This document shows positions 50,332-59,779 of a stretch of 64,000 nucleotides of DNA, piece after piece. How positions within the stretch are numbered: the stretch's first letter is position 1; each line of letters begins with the position of its first letter. Origin of the DNA: Tissierellia bacterium (lineage in GTDB: Bacteria > Bacillota > Clostridia > Tissierellales > Tissierellaceae); assembly GCA_012735245.1 (NCBI GenBank), contig JAAYHU010000029.1:2327-66326 (forward strand), given 5' to 3'. A model generated the notes under the pieces. It made no database searches. It was not told the DNA's origin and was given only the letters and a program-made list of their open reading frames with translations. Made by a program: the position numbers and the translations under genes.

Positions 50332-51375
50332 TTGGATAAAATAGAAATAAACAGTTTATCCTTAGATGAACTAAAGGAAATGATGGTTGAATTAGGTGAA
50401 AAATCTTATAGGGCAGAACAAATTTTCACATACATCCATAGGAACAGAAATACAGATATTGACGAATTACATCAATTGCCAAAGAATTTAAGAGATAGAC
50501 TAAAAGATATAATAAGAGTGAGAAAAATTGACATATATAAAAAATATGTATCTAAGATAGACAACACGTCCAAATACCTATTCTTGCTTGAAGATATGAA
50601 TATTATTGAATCAGTTGTTATGGAATATAAACATGGGTTTTCAATTTGTATTTCCACTCAAGTAGGCTGTAAGATGGGATGCTCTTTTTGTGCTTCTACT
50701 AAGGAAGGATTAATAAGAAATTTAACACCAGCTGAAATGCTTAACCAGATTTACTTGGCTGAGAAAGACTTAAATATAAAAATTTCAAATATTGTTTTAA
50801 TGGGTAGTGGGGAACCCTTAGACAACTATGAAAACACCTTAAAGTTCATTGAAATAATAAATCATCCAAAAGGTCATAATATAAGTTTAAGGAATATTAC
50901 TCTATCTACTTGTGGCATCGTTCCAAGGATTTATGATTTGGCAGAGGAAAATTTACCCATAACCCTATCCATATCTTTACATTCACCCTTTGATGAAGAT
51001 AGGAAAAAAATCATGCCCATAGCTAGAAGGTATTCAATTGATGAATTAATTGAAGCATGCAGGTATTATGGGAATAAAACTAAGAGGAGAATTACCTTTG
51101 AATATACTTTAATTGAAAATGTAAACGATAGGGATATAGACATTTTAGAATTAGGAAGAATCTTAAAGGGTATGAAATGTCATATAAATTTAATTCCTCT
51201 AAATCCAATTCGTGAATTTAATGAGGACAGGCCAAGTGGAAAAAATATAGAAAGAGTACAAAGAGAGTTAAAAAAGTTCGATATTTCAATTACCATTAGG
51301 CGAGAGATGGGTGGAGATATTAGTGCTTCATGTGGACAATTAAGAAGGTCTGTCACCCAGGAAAACAATTACTAA
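50332..51375 (+). CDS. rlmN: 23S rRNA (adenine2503-C2)-methyltransferase RlmN (radical SAM)
   Basis: ..YRAEQIF..VGCKMGCSFCAS..GSGEPL..CGQL... TTG start. Confidence 0.9.
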   Translation: MDKIEINSLSLDELKEMMVELGEKSYRAEQIFTYIHRNRNTDIDELHQLPKNLRDRLKDIIRVRKIDIYKKYVSKIDNTSKYLFLLEDMNIIESVVMEYKHGFSICISTQVGCKMGCSFCASTKEGLIRNLTPAEMLNQIYLAEKDLNIKISNIVLMGSGEPLDNYENTLKFIEIINHPKGHNISLRNITLSTCGIVPRIYDLAEENLPITLSISLHSPFDEDRKKIMPIARRYSIDELIEACRYYGNKTKRRITFEYTLIENVNDRDIDILELGRILKGMKCHINLIPLNPIREFNEDRPSGKNIERVQRELKKFDISITIRREMGGDISASCGQLRRSVTQENNY

Positions 51376-51394
51376 ATTTCAATGGGGTGGTATT

Positions 51395-52126
51395 ATGGTT
51401 AGTGGTGCTGTGTCAGACATAGGAAAGGCTAGGGAAAAAAATCAAGATGCTTATTATGCATCTAAGGATTTGTCTCTTCCCTTATATATGGTAGCAGACG
51501 GAATGGGAGGACACAATGCAGGTGAAATAGCTAGTAGCATGGCCATGAGAATTATTGAAAAAAAATTTTTGGAAAATAAGGACCTATTAACAAGTAAAGA
51601 GATAATATTTGATATAATTAAAAGGTCAATAGAAGAGGCAAATACAAAGATCTATCTTAAATCCCTAGAGAATGAAAACTGCAAAGGAATGGGTACAACA
51701 ATAACACTAGCCTATATATTTAAAAATGAAATATTTATAGGTCATGTTGGAGATAGTAGAGCTTATTTAATTAAAAAAGACAATATAATACAGATAACAG
51801 AGGACCACTCTTTTGTAAATGAATTGATTAAAATTGGCAGCATAACTAAAGAAGAAGCCAAAAATCATCCTAAGAAAAATATGATTACAAGAGCTGTTGG
51901 TTCCAGTAGTATAATTGAAATGGATTTAATAGCTAGAAATTATGAAGAAGATGATATCTTATTGTTATGCAGTGATGGTCTATCCAATATGTTAAAGGAA
52001 TTTGAGATTAGTCAAGTCTTCAGCAAAGAGAAGGATATTCAAAAAGCCTGTGAAACCTTGGCTTATATGGCTAATCAAAAAGGTGGACTTGACAATATCA
52101 CAGTAGTAGCTATTAAATTAAATTAA
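51395..52126 (+). CDS. prpC: PP2C-family Ser/Thr phosphatase (Stp/PrpC)
   Basis: ..G..R..NQDA..VADGMGGH.AGE..GDSR.Y..CSDGL..DNITVV... Confidence 0.9.
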   Translation: MVSGAVSDIGKAREKNQDAYYASKDLSLPLYMVADGMGGHNAGEIASSMAMRIIEKKFLENKDLLTSKEIIFDIIKRSIEEANTKIYLKSLENENCKGMGTTITLAYIFKNEIFIGHVGDSRAYLIKKDNIIQITEDHSFVNELIKIGSITKEEAKNHPKKNMITRAVGSSSIIEMDLIARNYEEDDILLLCSDGLSNMLKEFEISQVFSKEKDIQKACETLAYMANQKGGLDNITVVAIKLN

Positions 52127-52139
52127 AAGAGGTGAAAAA

Positions 52140-54062
52140 ATGATAGGCAAAACACTAGGTGGAAGATACGAAATAGTTGAACAAATAGGCGGAGGAGGCA
52201 TGGCCTTAGTTTATAAAGCCAAGTGTAGGCTTTTAGATAGATTTGTAGCAATAAAAATTTTAAGGGAAGAATTTGTAAACGATGAAGAATTTGTTAGGAA
52301 GTTTAGGAGAGAATCTCAAGCAGCAGCCAGATTATCACATCCTAATATAGTCAATATATATGACGTTGGTTTTGAAGAAGACGGCAATAATAAGATATAT
52401 TATATAGTAATGGAATACATAAAGGGGAAGACTTTAAAAGAAATAATTAAAGAAAAGGGAAAATTGCCAATAGATTTAGCTATTGATTATTCCTATCAAA
52501 TAGCAGAAGCCTTACAACATGCTCACAGCAATCGAATATTTCATAGGGATATAAAACCACATAATATTATGATTACAGATGACAACAGGGTAAAAGTTAC
52601 AGACTTTGGAATTGCTAGAGCAGCTACAAGCTCCACAGTTACTACTACTTCTAATGTACTAGGTTCTGTCCATTATTTCTCTCCTGAACAAGCAAGGGGA
52701 GGATATACTGATGATAAGTCTGATATCTATTCACTAGGTATAGTTATGTATGAGATGGTTACAGGAGTACTACCTTATCAAGGTGAAAGTCCTATTACAG
52801 TAGCATTGAAACATGTACAAGAAGATATAGTGCCGCCTAGGGAAATAGATCCAAGTATACCTCTTGGTTTTGAAAATATAATATTAAAATCAGTTCAAAA
52901 AAGACAAGCTGATAGATATAATAGCATTGGTGACTTAATTAGGGATCTAAAGAAGATTAAGTCCAATAAAGAGGAGCCTATATTAAACAATATAGATAAC
53001 CTCGATTCTCATACAAAGATTATGCCAGCTGTCAACGTAGAGGATGATGTTTATATGAAAAATAAAAGGAAGAAGAAAAAGAAAGATGGTACAATAAAAG
53101 TTGTTTTTTTAGGTATTCTCTTAGCTTTTTTATTGGCATTTAGTATATTCTTTGGTTATTACAAATTAAAGGATTTTCTATTGACTGAGGAAGTTGTGGT
53201 TCCAGACATCATAGGTTTAGATGAAGCAGAAGCTAGGAAGAAAATAGAGGACTTGGGATTAAAATTTGTAGTTAAGGGAACTGGAAGAAATGATAATTTC
53301 AATCCTGGTGAAGTAATATATCAAAGCGTTGATCCAAATACTACTGTTAAGAAAGATTTTCCTATAGAGGTCCTAATCAATGAAGGAGAAGCTTTAGTTA
53401 AGGTGCCAAGTGGAGTTAACAGAGATGTAAGAGATGCAAAAGATTTAATGGTCAATGCAAACCTTGAAGTAGAAATTGAATACGAATATTCTGATACAGT
53501 ACCAGTAGATGTTGTCATAGAACAATTCCCCGAAAGTGGTACAGAAGTAAAACCAGGTACTACTGTAAAATTAATTGTAAGCCAAGGGGAAGAAACAAAA
53601 TACGTCCTAATGGATAACCTAATAGGAAAGAGTATTGAAGATGCAAAGCGAATTCTAAAAGAATTAGACCTTGTGGAAGGTGAAATAGTATATCAACCTA
53701 GCGATGAGTATGAAAAGGATATAGTGGTATGGCAAAACTATGAGCCCGGTACTGAGTTGGAAACAAAAACAGCAGTTGATTTATATGTAAGTAGTGGTAG
53801 GGAAGAAACGGAAGAAGGAGACGATGAAATTGATTTAGTAGAAGAAACTCCAATTACTTTTACCTTAACACCCTTACAAGATAGGGAAGAAACATCAATC
53901 AAAATCATTAGAATTCAAGATGGGGTTAGTCAAGTGGTGTATAATAAAAAGCATAAAGCAAGTGATGGAGTAGCTATCATTACCCTAGAAGGCAAAGTTG
54001 GAGCACTGTTTGAAATATATTATGATGATATATATCAAACTACTATTCCTAAAGAAGAATAG
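52140..54062 (+). CDS. prkC: Ser/Thr protein kinase PrkC with a TM segment, PASTA repeats and a C-terminal beta domain
   Basis: GGGGMALVYKA, HRDIKPHN, DFGIA, SPEQ. TM at VVFLGILLAFLLAFSIFFGY, then three PASTA-like repeats. Confidence 0.9.
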   Translation: MIGKTLGGRYEIVEQIGGGGMALVYKAKCRLLDRFVAIKILREEFVNDEEFVRKFRRESQAAARLSHPNIVNIYDVGFEEDGNNKIYYIVMEYIKGKTLKEIIKEKGKLPIDLAIDYSYQIAEALQHAHSNRIFHRDIKPHNIMITDDNRVKVTDFGIARAATSSTVTTTSNVLGSVHYFSPEQARGGYTDDKSDIYSLGIVMYEMVTGVLPYQGESPITVALKHVQEDIVPPREIDPSIPLGFENIILKSVQKRQADRYNSIGDLIRDLKKIKSNKEEPILNNIDNLDSHTKIMPAVNVEDDVYMKNKRKKKKKDGTIKVVFLGILLAFLLAFSIFFGYYKLKDFLLTEEVVVPDIIGLDEAEARKKIEDLGLKFVVKGTGRNDNFNPGEVIYQSVDPNTTVKKDFPIEVLINEGEALVKVPSGVNRDVRDAKDLMVNANLEVEIEYEYSDTVPVDVVIEQFPESGTEVKPGTTVKLIVSQGEETKYVLMDNLIGKSIEDAKRILKELDLVEGEIVYQPSDEYEKDIVVWQNYEPGTELETKTAVDLYVSSGREETEEGDDEIDLVEETPITFTLTPLQDREETSIKIIRIQDGVSQVVYNKKHKASDGVAIITLEGKVGALFEIYYDDIYQTTIPKEE

Positions 54063-54071
54063 GGGGCTTTT

Positions 54072-54947
54072 ATGGTTGAAGGTATAATAATAAAAGGCAT
54101 AGGTGGTTTTTATTATGTAAAAACTGAAGAAGATATAATTGAGTGTAGAGCAAGGGGGCTCTTTAGGGAAGAAAATCTGACCCCCTTAATCGGAGATAGG
54201 GTACTTATAAGAATCAACCATGAAGATAATACTGGATATATAGAAAAAATATTTCCTAGAAAAACTCAATTACTTAGGCCACCGGTAGCAAATGTAACCC
54301 AGGTAATAATAGTAATGAGTATAAAAAAGCCTATCATTAATACTTGGTTATTAGATAAATTTTTAGTTATGGCTGAAAAAGAAGGTTTAAATATTCTTAT
54401 CTGTATCAATAAATTAGATTTAGATCCAAATAAGGCAAAAGAAATAATGGATATGTATATGGAAATAGGCTATGATGTTATAGGAACAAGTACAAAAACA
54501 AAATTAGGTATTGATAAATTAAGAGAAAGCTTAAATAATAATATATCAGTTTTTGCTGGCCCTTCTGGGGTAGGTAAATCATCTTTACTGAACTCTATTA
54601 ATAATGATTTTGAACTAAAAACTGGAGATGTTAGTGCTAAAACAAAAAGAGGCAGACATACAACAAGACATGTGGAGTTATTGGAATTAGATAAAACTGC
54701 CTATGTCCTTGATACTCCAGGATTTGGGTCCTTGAATTTAAGTTTTATAGAGGATGAAATAGAGTTAAGGGATTACTTTATAGAGATAAGAAAATATGGA
54801 TTAGATTGCAGGTTTATTAGTTGTTTACATGAGAATGAACCAGATTGTGCTGTTAAAAAGCAAGTGGAATTAGGGAATATACCAGAAACTAGATATAAAA
54901 GCTATCTAGATTTTCTACAGGAGATAAGAAAATATAGGAGGTACTAA
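54072..54947 (+). CDS. rsgA: Ribosome small subunit-dependent GTPase A
   Basis: Circularly permuted GTPase (NKLDL ... GPSGVGKSS), C-terminal zinc site C..C.H..EP.C. Confidence 0.9.
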   Translation: MVEGIIIKGIGGFYYVKTEEDIIECRARGLFREENLTPLIGDRVLIRINHEDNTGYIEKIFPRKTQLLRPPVANVTQVIIVMSIKKPIINTWLLDKFLVMAEKEGLNILICINKLDLDPNKAKEIMDMYMEIGYDVIGTSTKTKLGIDKLRESLNNNISVFAGPSGVGKSSLLNSINNDFELKTGDVSAKTKRGRHTTRHVELLELDKTAYVLDTPGFGSLNLSFIEDEIELRDYFIEIRKYGLDCRFISCLHENEPDCAVKKQVELGNIPETRYKSYLDFLQEIRKYRRY

Positions 54948-54948
54948 A

Positions 54949-55596
54949 ATGGCTAAAATAGCCCCTTCTTTACTTTCAGCAGATTTTGCTGATTTAAAAG
55001 GTGAAATAAGGAAAGTAGAAAGTGGTGGAGCTGATTATCTACATTTAGATGTAATGGATGGAATCTTTGTTCCAAATATAACTTTTGGAGCTCCCGTAAT
55101 AAAAAAAATAAGGGAAGTAACTGAGCTTCCATTTGATGTGCATCTGATGATTGATAGGCCAGAAAGATTTATAAAGGATTTTGTCGAGGCAGGTGCTGAT
55201 ATAATTACTGTACACCAAGAAGCCACAATTCATCTTCATAGGACAATACAAGAAATAAAATCCTATGGCATAATGGCAGGAGTTTCATTAAATCCTACAA
55301 CTCCATTGGAAACCCTAGAATATATTTTAGAAGACATAGATTTGATTTTGATCATGACAGTAAATCCAGGCTTTGGTGGACAATCTTTTATTAATCAGAT
55401 GGATAGAAAAATAAAAAAGATTAGAAAAATCATTGACCAAAGAAATTTAGATATTATTTTAGAAGTAGATGGAGGAGTAAAACTAAGCAATGCTAAGGCT
55501 ATCTTAGACTGGGGTGTTGATTTATTAGTGGTAGGTTCTGACATATTCAATGCAGAAAATATTGAGCAGAGAGTAAAAGAATTTAAAAGATTGTAA
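54949..55596 (+). CDS. rpe: Ribulose-phosphate 3-epimerase
   Basis: ..PSLLSADF..HLDVMDG.FVPN..VNPGFGGQ.F..VDGG... Confidence 0.95.
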   Translation: MAKIAPSLLSADFADLKGEIRKVESGGADYLHLDVMDGIFVPNITFGAPVIKKIREVTELPFDVHLMIDRPERFIKDFVEAGADIITVHQEATIHLHRTIQEIKSYGIMAGVSLNPTTPLETLEYILEDIDLILIMTVNPGFGGQSFINQMDRKIKKIRKIIDQRNLDIILEVDGGVKLSNAKAILDWGVDLLVVGSDIFNAENIEQRVKEFKRL

Positions 55597-55651
55597 TTCT
55601 ATTTTACAATTGGTATAATATAGATAATTAAATAGATAATTGAGTAGATAA

Positions 55652-55735
55652 ACACTAGGGGAGCCATTAAGGCTGAGAGGGGTTAAATCCCGACCCTTAT
55701 TACCTGACCTAGATAATGCTAGCGTAGGGAAGTGT
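55652..55735 (+). promoter_or_regulatory. TPP (THI-box) riboswitch
   Basis: acactaggggagcc..ggctgagagg..acccttattacctgacctagataatgctagcgtagggaagtgt matches the THI-element core (CUGAGA, ACCUGA, GCGUAGGGA). P1 is acact/agtgt. Confidence 0.9.
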
Positions 55736-55809
55736 GTGTATATTTTCCTTTAAATATACCCATTGCCTACGCTGGTAATGGGATAAATTATTTAAAGGAG
55801 GATATATAT

Positions 55810-56355
55810 ATGAAAAAAAGATTAAGGGTAAGGATCTTAGCTGAAGGGGGAATGATGATAGCCTTAGCTACAATTCTAAGCTATCTAAAAATTTATGACG
55901 CCCCAATGGGTGGATCAGTTACAGCTGGTAGTATGATTCCAATAATATTATTTGCCATACGTTGGGGTATAGTGCCAGGATTGGCCATAGGGGCTTGCCA
56001 TGGAATCTTACAGTTTATTCTAGAACCATATTTTTATCATCCTATTCAATTTTTACTAGACTATCCACTGGCTTTTGGATTATTAGGATTGGCTGGCATT
56101 ATATTTCATTTTAAAGAAAAGGATTCTTTCAATAAGTATATAAGGATTTTTCTATCGATTTTTTTAGGAATTTTTGGCAGAATGGTATGTCACGTTTTAT
56201 CTGGAGTTGTATTCTTTGCTGAATATGCTGGAGATAAAAACCCTTGGATTTATTCTATCCAATATAATGCATTTTATTTAGTGCCTGAATTTATAATTTC
56301 ATTTATAGTAATATTTATTATATGGAAACCATTACAAAGAGTTCTTAAATCTTAA
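55810..56355 (+). CDS. thiT: ECF-transporter S component for thiamine (ThiT)
   Basis: Six-TM protein ..GGSVTAGSMIPIILFAIRWG... AGGAGG RBS before the ATG at 55810. Directly downstream of the TPP riboswitch. Confidence 0.8.
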   Translation: MKKRLRVRILAEGGMMIALATILSYLKIYDAPMGGSVTAGSMIPIILFAIRWGIVPGLAIGACHGILQFILEPYFYHPIQFLLDYPLAFGLLGLAGIIFHFKEKDSFNKYIRIFLSIFLGIFGRMVCHVLSGVVFFAEYAGDKNPWIYSIQYNAFYLVPEFIISFIVIFIIWKPLQRVLKS

Positions 56356-56370
56356 TGAAGGATTGATTTA

Positions 56371-57006
56371 ATGAAAGGCTTAATTATATCAAATGGCACC
56401 ATTAAAGATTATGACAGATTAAAAAAAGAAATAGACACTTCAGATTTTATAATCTGTGCCGATGGTGGAATTGAATATTTAATAAAATTAAATGCTGAAC
56501 CAGATTTAGTCTTAGGTGACTTAGATTCTATAAGTCAACTAGGCTTAGACTATATAAAAAATAAAAGCATTCAAGTTAAATTATTTCCATCTATTAAAGA
56601 TGATACCGATACTGCTCTTGCCCTAGAATACTTACTAGATAGGGGCTTTGATGAAATAACCTTTATGGGAGTTACAGGCACTAGGATGGACCATACAATG
56701 GCTAACATCCTATTGCTAAACACATTATTGGAGAGGGGAGTAAAGGGAAAAATAATAGATGATAATAATATTATTCAATTAGTAGATGAGTATCTAGAGA
56801 TTGAATACATGGAAAATTCCTATGTTTCCATAATACCTATATCTGAAAAAGGTGTTGTTGTATCTCTTGAAGGATTTTTCTACAACTTAAATAAGGGGAA
56901 AATAGAATTCGGTTCTACCTACGGTATAAGTAATAGGATTATAGAAGATTGCGGTAAAATAAAAATTCATTCAGGTAAAGCTTTAGTATTTATCTCTAAG
57001 GATTAA
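56371..57006 (+). CDS. thiN: Thiamine diphosphokinase
   Basis: ..ICADGG..GDLDS..DDTDT..A...GVTGTRMDHT.AN... Confidence 0.85.
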   Translation: MKGLIISNGTIKDYDRLKKEIDTSDFIICADGGIEYLIKLNAEPDLVLGDLDSISQLGLDYIKNKSIQVKLFPSIKDDTDTALALEYLLDRGFDEITFMGVTGTRMDHTMANILLLNTLLERGVKGKIIDDNNIIQLVDEYLEIEYMENSYVSIIPISEKGVVVSLEGFFYNLNKGKIEFGSTYGISNRIIEDCGKIKIHSGKALVFISKD

Positions 57007-57007
57007 A

Positions 57008-57037
57008 ACTTAAGGTTTGGCCTTAAGTTTTTTTTTG
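57008..57037 (+). terminator. Intrinsic terminator after thiN
   Basis: cttaagg / ccttaag stem followed by T10. Confidence 0.75.
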
Positions 57038-57094
57038 TAACTTTTATCTAATATAATGAATAAAATATAATAAGCCATATTGGAGGTGCCATGG

Positions 57095-57265
57095 ATGTGG
57101 AAATTTTATTATAGGTATCGACAAAAAACAAGAAAAATAATTGGAATAACCTTATGTGCAGTTGGCATATTAATTATCATAAATTTCCTACCTATAGAAG
57201 CAGTATTGATATTAATAGGCTTGGGGTTATTAATAATGGGGGCATTGATTTTAAAACTAAAATAA
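57095..57265 (+). CDS. 56-aa double-TM small membrane protein, unknown function
   Basis: GGAGGTG lies 6 nt before the ATG at 57095. MWKFYYRYRQKTRK, then two hydrophobic helices. Confidence 0.5.
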   Translation: MWKFYYRYRQKTRKIIGITLCAVGILIIINFLPIEAVLILIGLGLLIMGALILKLK

Positions 57266-57305
57266 GGCTACCACTAATTAAAAAGATAAAATGGTAAGCC
57301 TTATT
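57261..57305. terminator. Bidirectional hairpin between the small ORF and rpmB
   Basis: aataaggctacc / ggtaagccttatt (one bulge) with a 20-nt AT loop. Confidence 0.45.
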
Positions 57306-57317
57306 TGAGTTTTTGTA

Positions 57318-57509
57318 TTATAATGCTCTTTCAACATAACCTGATCTTAAACATCTGGTACATACATTTATTCTTTTAGCTTCGCCTTTTACAACTGCTC
57401 TTACTCTTCTAATATTTGGAGACCAGCTTCTTGAATTCTTTTTATTTGAGAAAGTAACTTTATTACCAAACACTTTTCCCTTTCCGCAGATTTCACATAC
57501 CTTTGCCAT
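57318..57509 (-). CDS. rpmB: 50S ribosomal protein L28
   Basis: MAKVCEICGKGKVFGNKVTFSNKKNSRSWSPNIRRVRA... AAGGAGG RBS. The ORF-track start at 57548 is upstream of the RBS. Confidence 0.95.
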   Translation of the reverse strand: MAKVCEICGKGKVFGNKVTFSNKKNSRSWSPNIRRVRAVVKGEAKRINVCTRCLRSGYVERAL

Positions 57510-57711
57510 GAAATACACCTCCTTAAAACTATAAATCCACAAAAGCATATTTTCACTTTTAACAACAACACATTATATTCTAACATATCATTCCACATTA
57601 ATGCAACTAAAATGTATTATAATATTTGAAATAACTTATGAATTAGTTGAACTATTATTTTTTTTAGGGTAAAATAAAGTATGGATATTTAATTAGAGGA
57701 GGCGATTTTTA

Positions 57712-58068
57712 ATGCCAGCCAAAATCAAGAATCAGTTTGGGACTATCAGCATTGACGATAATGTTATTGCCACCCTTGCAGGTATTTCAGCAATGGAAAG
57801 CTATGGTATTGTAGGTATGGCTTCTAAAAATGCAGCTGATGGTTTATTTGAGTTGTTAAAATGGGATTCCCTATCAAAGGGTGTAAAAGTCAATTCTAAA
57901 GGAGATTCATTGATTATCGATTTACATGTGATTTTAGAATATGGAGTTAAGATTTCAGTAGTAGCTGAAAATATAATAGAAAAGGTTAAGTTCAGTGTGG
58001 AGAATTTAACTGGTTTCAAAGTAGACAAAATAAATGTACATGTACAGGGAATTAGAGTAGAAAGGTAG
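57712..58068 (+). CDS. Asp23/Gls24-family envelope stress protein (YloU-like)
   Basis: ..GTISIDDNVIATLAGISAMESYGIVGM... Paired with a DAK2 protein as yloU-yloV. Confidence 0.85.
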   Translation: MPAKIKNQFGTISIDDNVIATLAGISAMESYGIVGMASKNAADGLFELLKWDSLSKGVKVNSKGDSLIIDLHVILEYGVKISVVAENIIEKVKFSVENLTGFKVDKINVHVQGIRVER

Positions 58069-58086
58069 TTTAAGGAGGTACTATAA

Positions 58087-59721
58087 TTGAAAATCGAAAT
58101 ACTAGATGGAGTATTGTTTAAAAAAGCTTTATTAGGAGCAGCTAAATATTTAGATAAAAATAAAGAGGAAGTAAACTCTTTAAATGTTTTTCCTGTCCCT
58201 GATGGAGATACGGGAACTAATATGTCTCTTACAGTAAATTCTGCCATTAAACATGGGCTTAGCCTTGATGATAACGATGTTGCAAAAATTGCTTCAGCTA
58301 CTTCTTACGGTTCTCTAATGGGTGCTAGAGGAAATTCAGGTGTAATCCTATCTCAGCTTTTTAGGGGATTTGCAAATGGCTTAGATGGAAAAGTAGAAGT
58401 AGATACTAAATCACTTGCCCATGCTTTAAAACTAGCAGCTGATACTGCTTATAAAGCCGTAATGAAACCAACGGAAGGTACTATTTTGACTGTTGCAAGG
58501 GAAATCGGTGAATTTGCACTTTCAATTTATAGAGAGGAAAAGGACATTTTAACCTTCCTTAAAAGGATTATAGAGCATGGCAATAGGGTTTTAAACAAAA
58601 CACCAGACATGTTACCGGTCTTAAAGCAAGCAGGAGTTGTGGATGCTGGCGGAAAGGGGTTGGTCTATCTTTTTACAGGTGCTTATAATGCCTTAGCAGG
58701 TATTGAAGATATTCATATTGAGGTTGAAGAACCTAAGATTCATTTAGAAACTACCCATAAAGAACCAATAGATACTGATTTTATAGAATATGGATATTGT
58801 ACTGAGTTCATTATAAATACTGAGTATAAGGATATAGATGTATTTAGGGAGGAATTATCCATACACGGAGACTCTCTATTAGTTGTAGGTGGAGAAGGCT
58901 TAATTAAAGTCCACGTCCATACAAATAACCCTGGACTAGTGCTTGAAAAAGCATTAAAATTAGGAGAATTAACTGATATAAAAATAGATAACATGAGATA
59001 TCAACATGAAGAGGTCCTATTAAAAGCTTCTTCAGATATCAATAATCCTGTCAATGAAGGTGTAAAAAAATACTCCTTTGTAGTAGTTTCTGTAGGAGAA
59101 GGCCTTGACAAGGTTTTTGAGGGTTTAAATGTAGACAGGTTAGTTTCTGGTGGTCAAACTATGAATCCTAGCACCGAGGATATACTAAAGGCCGTTAATG
59201 ATACAAAGGGAGAGAATGTTTTCATTCTTCCTAATAACGGAAACATAATTTTAGCAGCGGAACAGGCCAAGGAGCTTAGCGATAAAAATGTTGCTGTTAT
59301 CCCAACTAAGTCTATTCCACAGGGAATTTCAGCCTTACTAGCCTTTGATGAGGAGAAAAATTTTGAAGAAAATCTAGAAAGTATGACGGAAGCAATTCAA
59401 GATGTTAAAACAGGGCAAGTTACTTACTCTGTAAGGGATACTGAATACAATGATACAATAATAAATAAAAACGATATTATAGGTATATCAGAAGGTGATA
59501 TAATAGCAAGTGGTAAAGACATTAACTTGGTATCATTGGAGCTACTGGAGAATATGATAGATGATGATACTTCTTTGGTAACAATTTTTTACGGCGATGA
59601 AATAGGAGAGGAAATGGCTAAGGATTTAGAAGGCCAATTATCCGATAGATATCCTGATATTGATATTGAATTAATTTATGGTGGTCAACCAATTTATTAT
59701 TATATATTTTCCGTTGAATAA
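58087..59721 (+). CDS. DAK2-domain protein (YloV / fatty-acid-kinase FakA-like)
   Basis: ..LNVFPVPDGDTGTNM..RGNSGVILSQ... TTG start 8 nt after AAGGAGG. Confidence 0.85.
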   Translation: MKIEILDGVLFKKALLGAAKYLDKNKEEVNSLNVFPVPDGDTGTNMSLTVNSAIKHGLSLDDNDVAKIASATSYGSLMGARGNSGVILSQLFRGFANGLDGKVEVDTKSLAHALKLAADTAYKAVMKPTEGTILTVAREIGEFALSIYREEKDILTFLKRIIEHGNRVLNKTPDMLPVLKQAGVVDAGGKGLVYLFTGAYNALAGIEDIHIEVEEPKIHLETTHKEPIDTDFIEYGYCTEFIINTEYKDIDVFREELSIHGDSLLVVGGEGLIKVHVHTNNPGLVLEKALKLGELTDIKIDNMRYQHEEVLLKASSDINNPVNEGVKKYSFVVVSVGEGLDKVFEGLNVDRLVSGGQTMNPSTEDILKAVNDTKGENVFILPNNGNIILAAEQAKELSDKNVAVIPTKSIPQGISALLAFDEEKNFEENLESMTEAIQDVKTGQVTYSVRDTEYNDTIINKNDIIGISEGDIIASGKDINLVSLELLENMIDDDTSLVTIFYGDEIGEEMAKDLEGQLSDRYPDIDIELIYGGQPIYYYIFSVE

Positions 59722-59723
59722 TG

Positions 59724-59747
59724 CCCTGCCTTTTGGTAGGGTTTTTT
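59724..59747 (+). terminator. Intrinsic terminator
   Basis: ccctgcc-tttt-ggtaggg followed by T6. Confidence 0.7.
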
Positions 59748-59779
59748 AAAAGGAAATATTTGCATACGGAGGTTAATAA

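Noticed and set aside
57007-57711. Searched both strands around thiN-rpmB for a SpoVM-like peptide of about 26 aa (MKFY..KLPKFLGG..).
   Set aside because: Only trivial ORFs of 2-10 codons without an RBS were found. The 56-aa ORF at 57095 is hydrophobic with two TM helices, not SpoVM-like.
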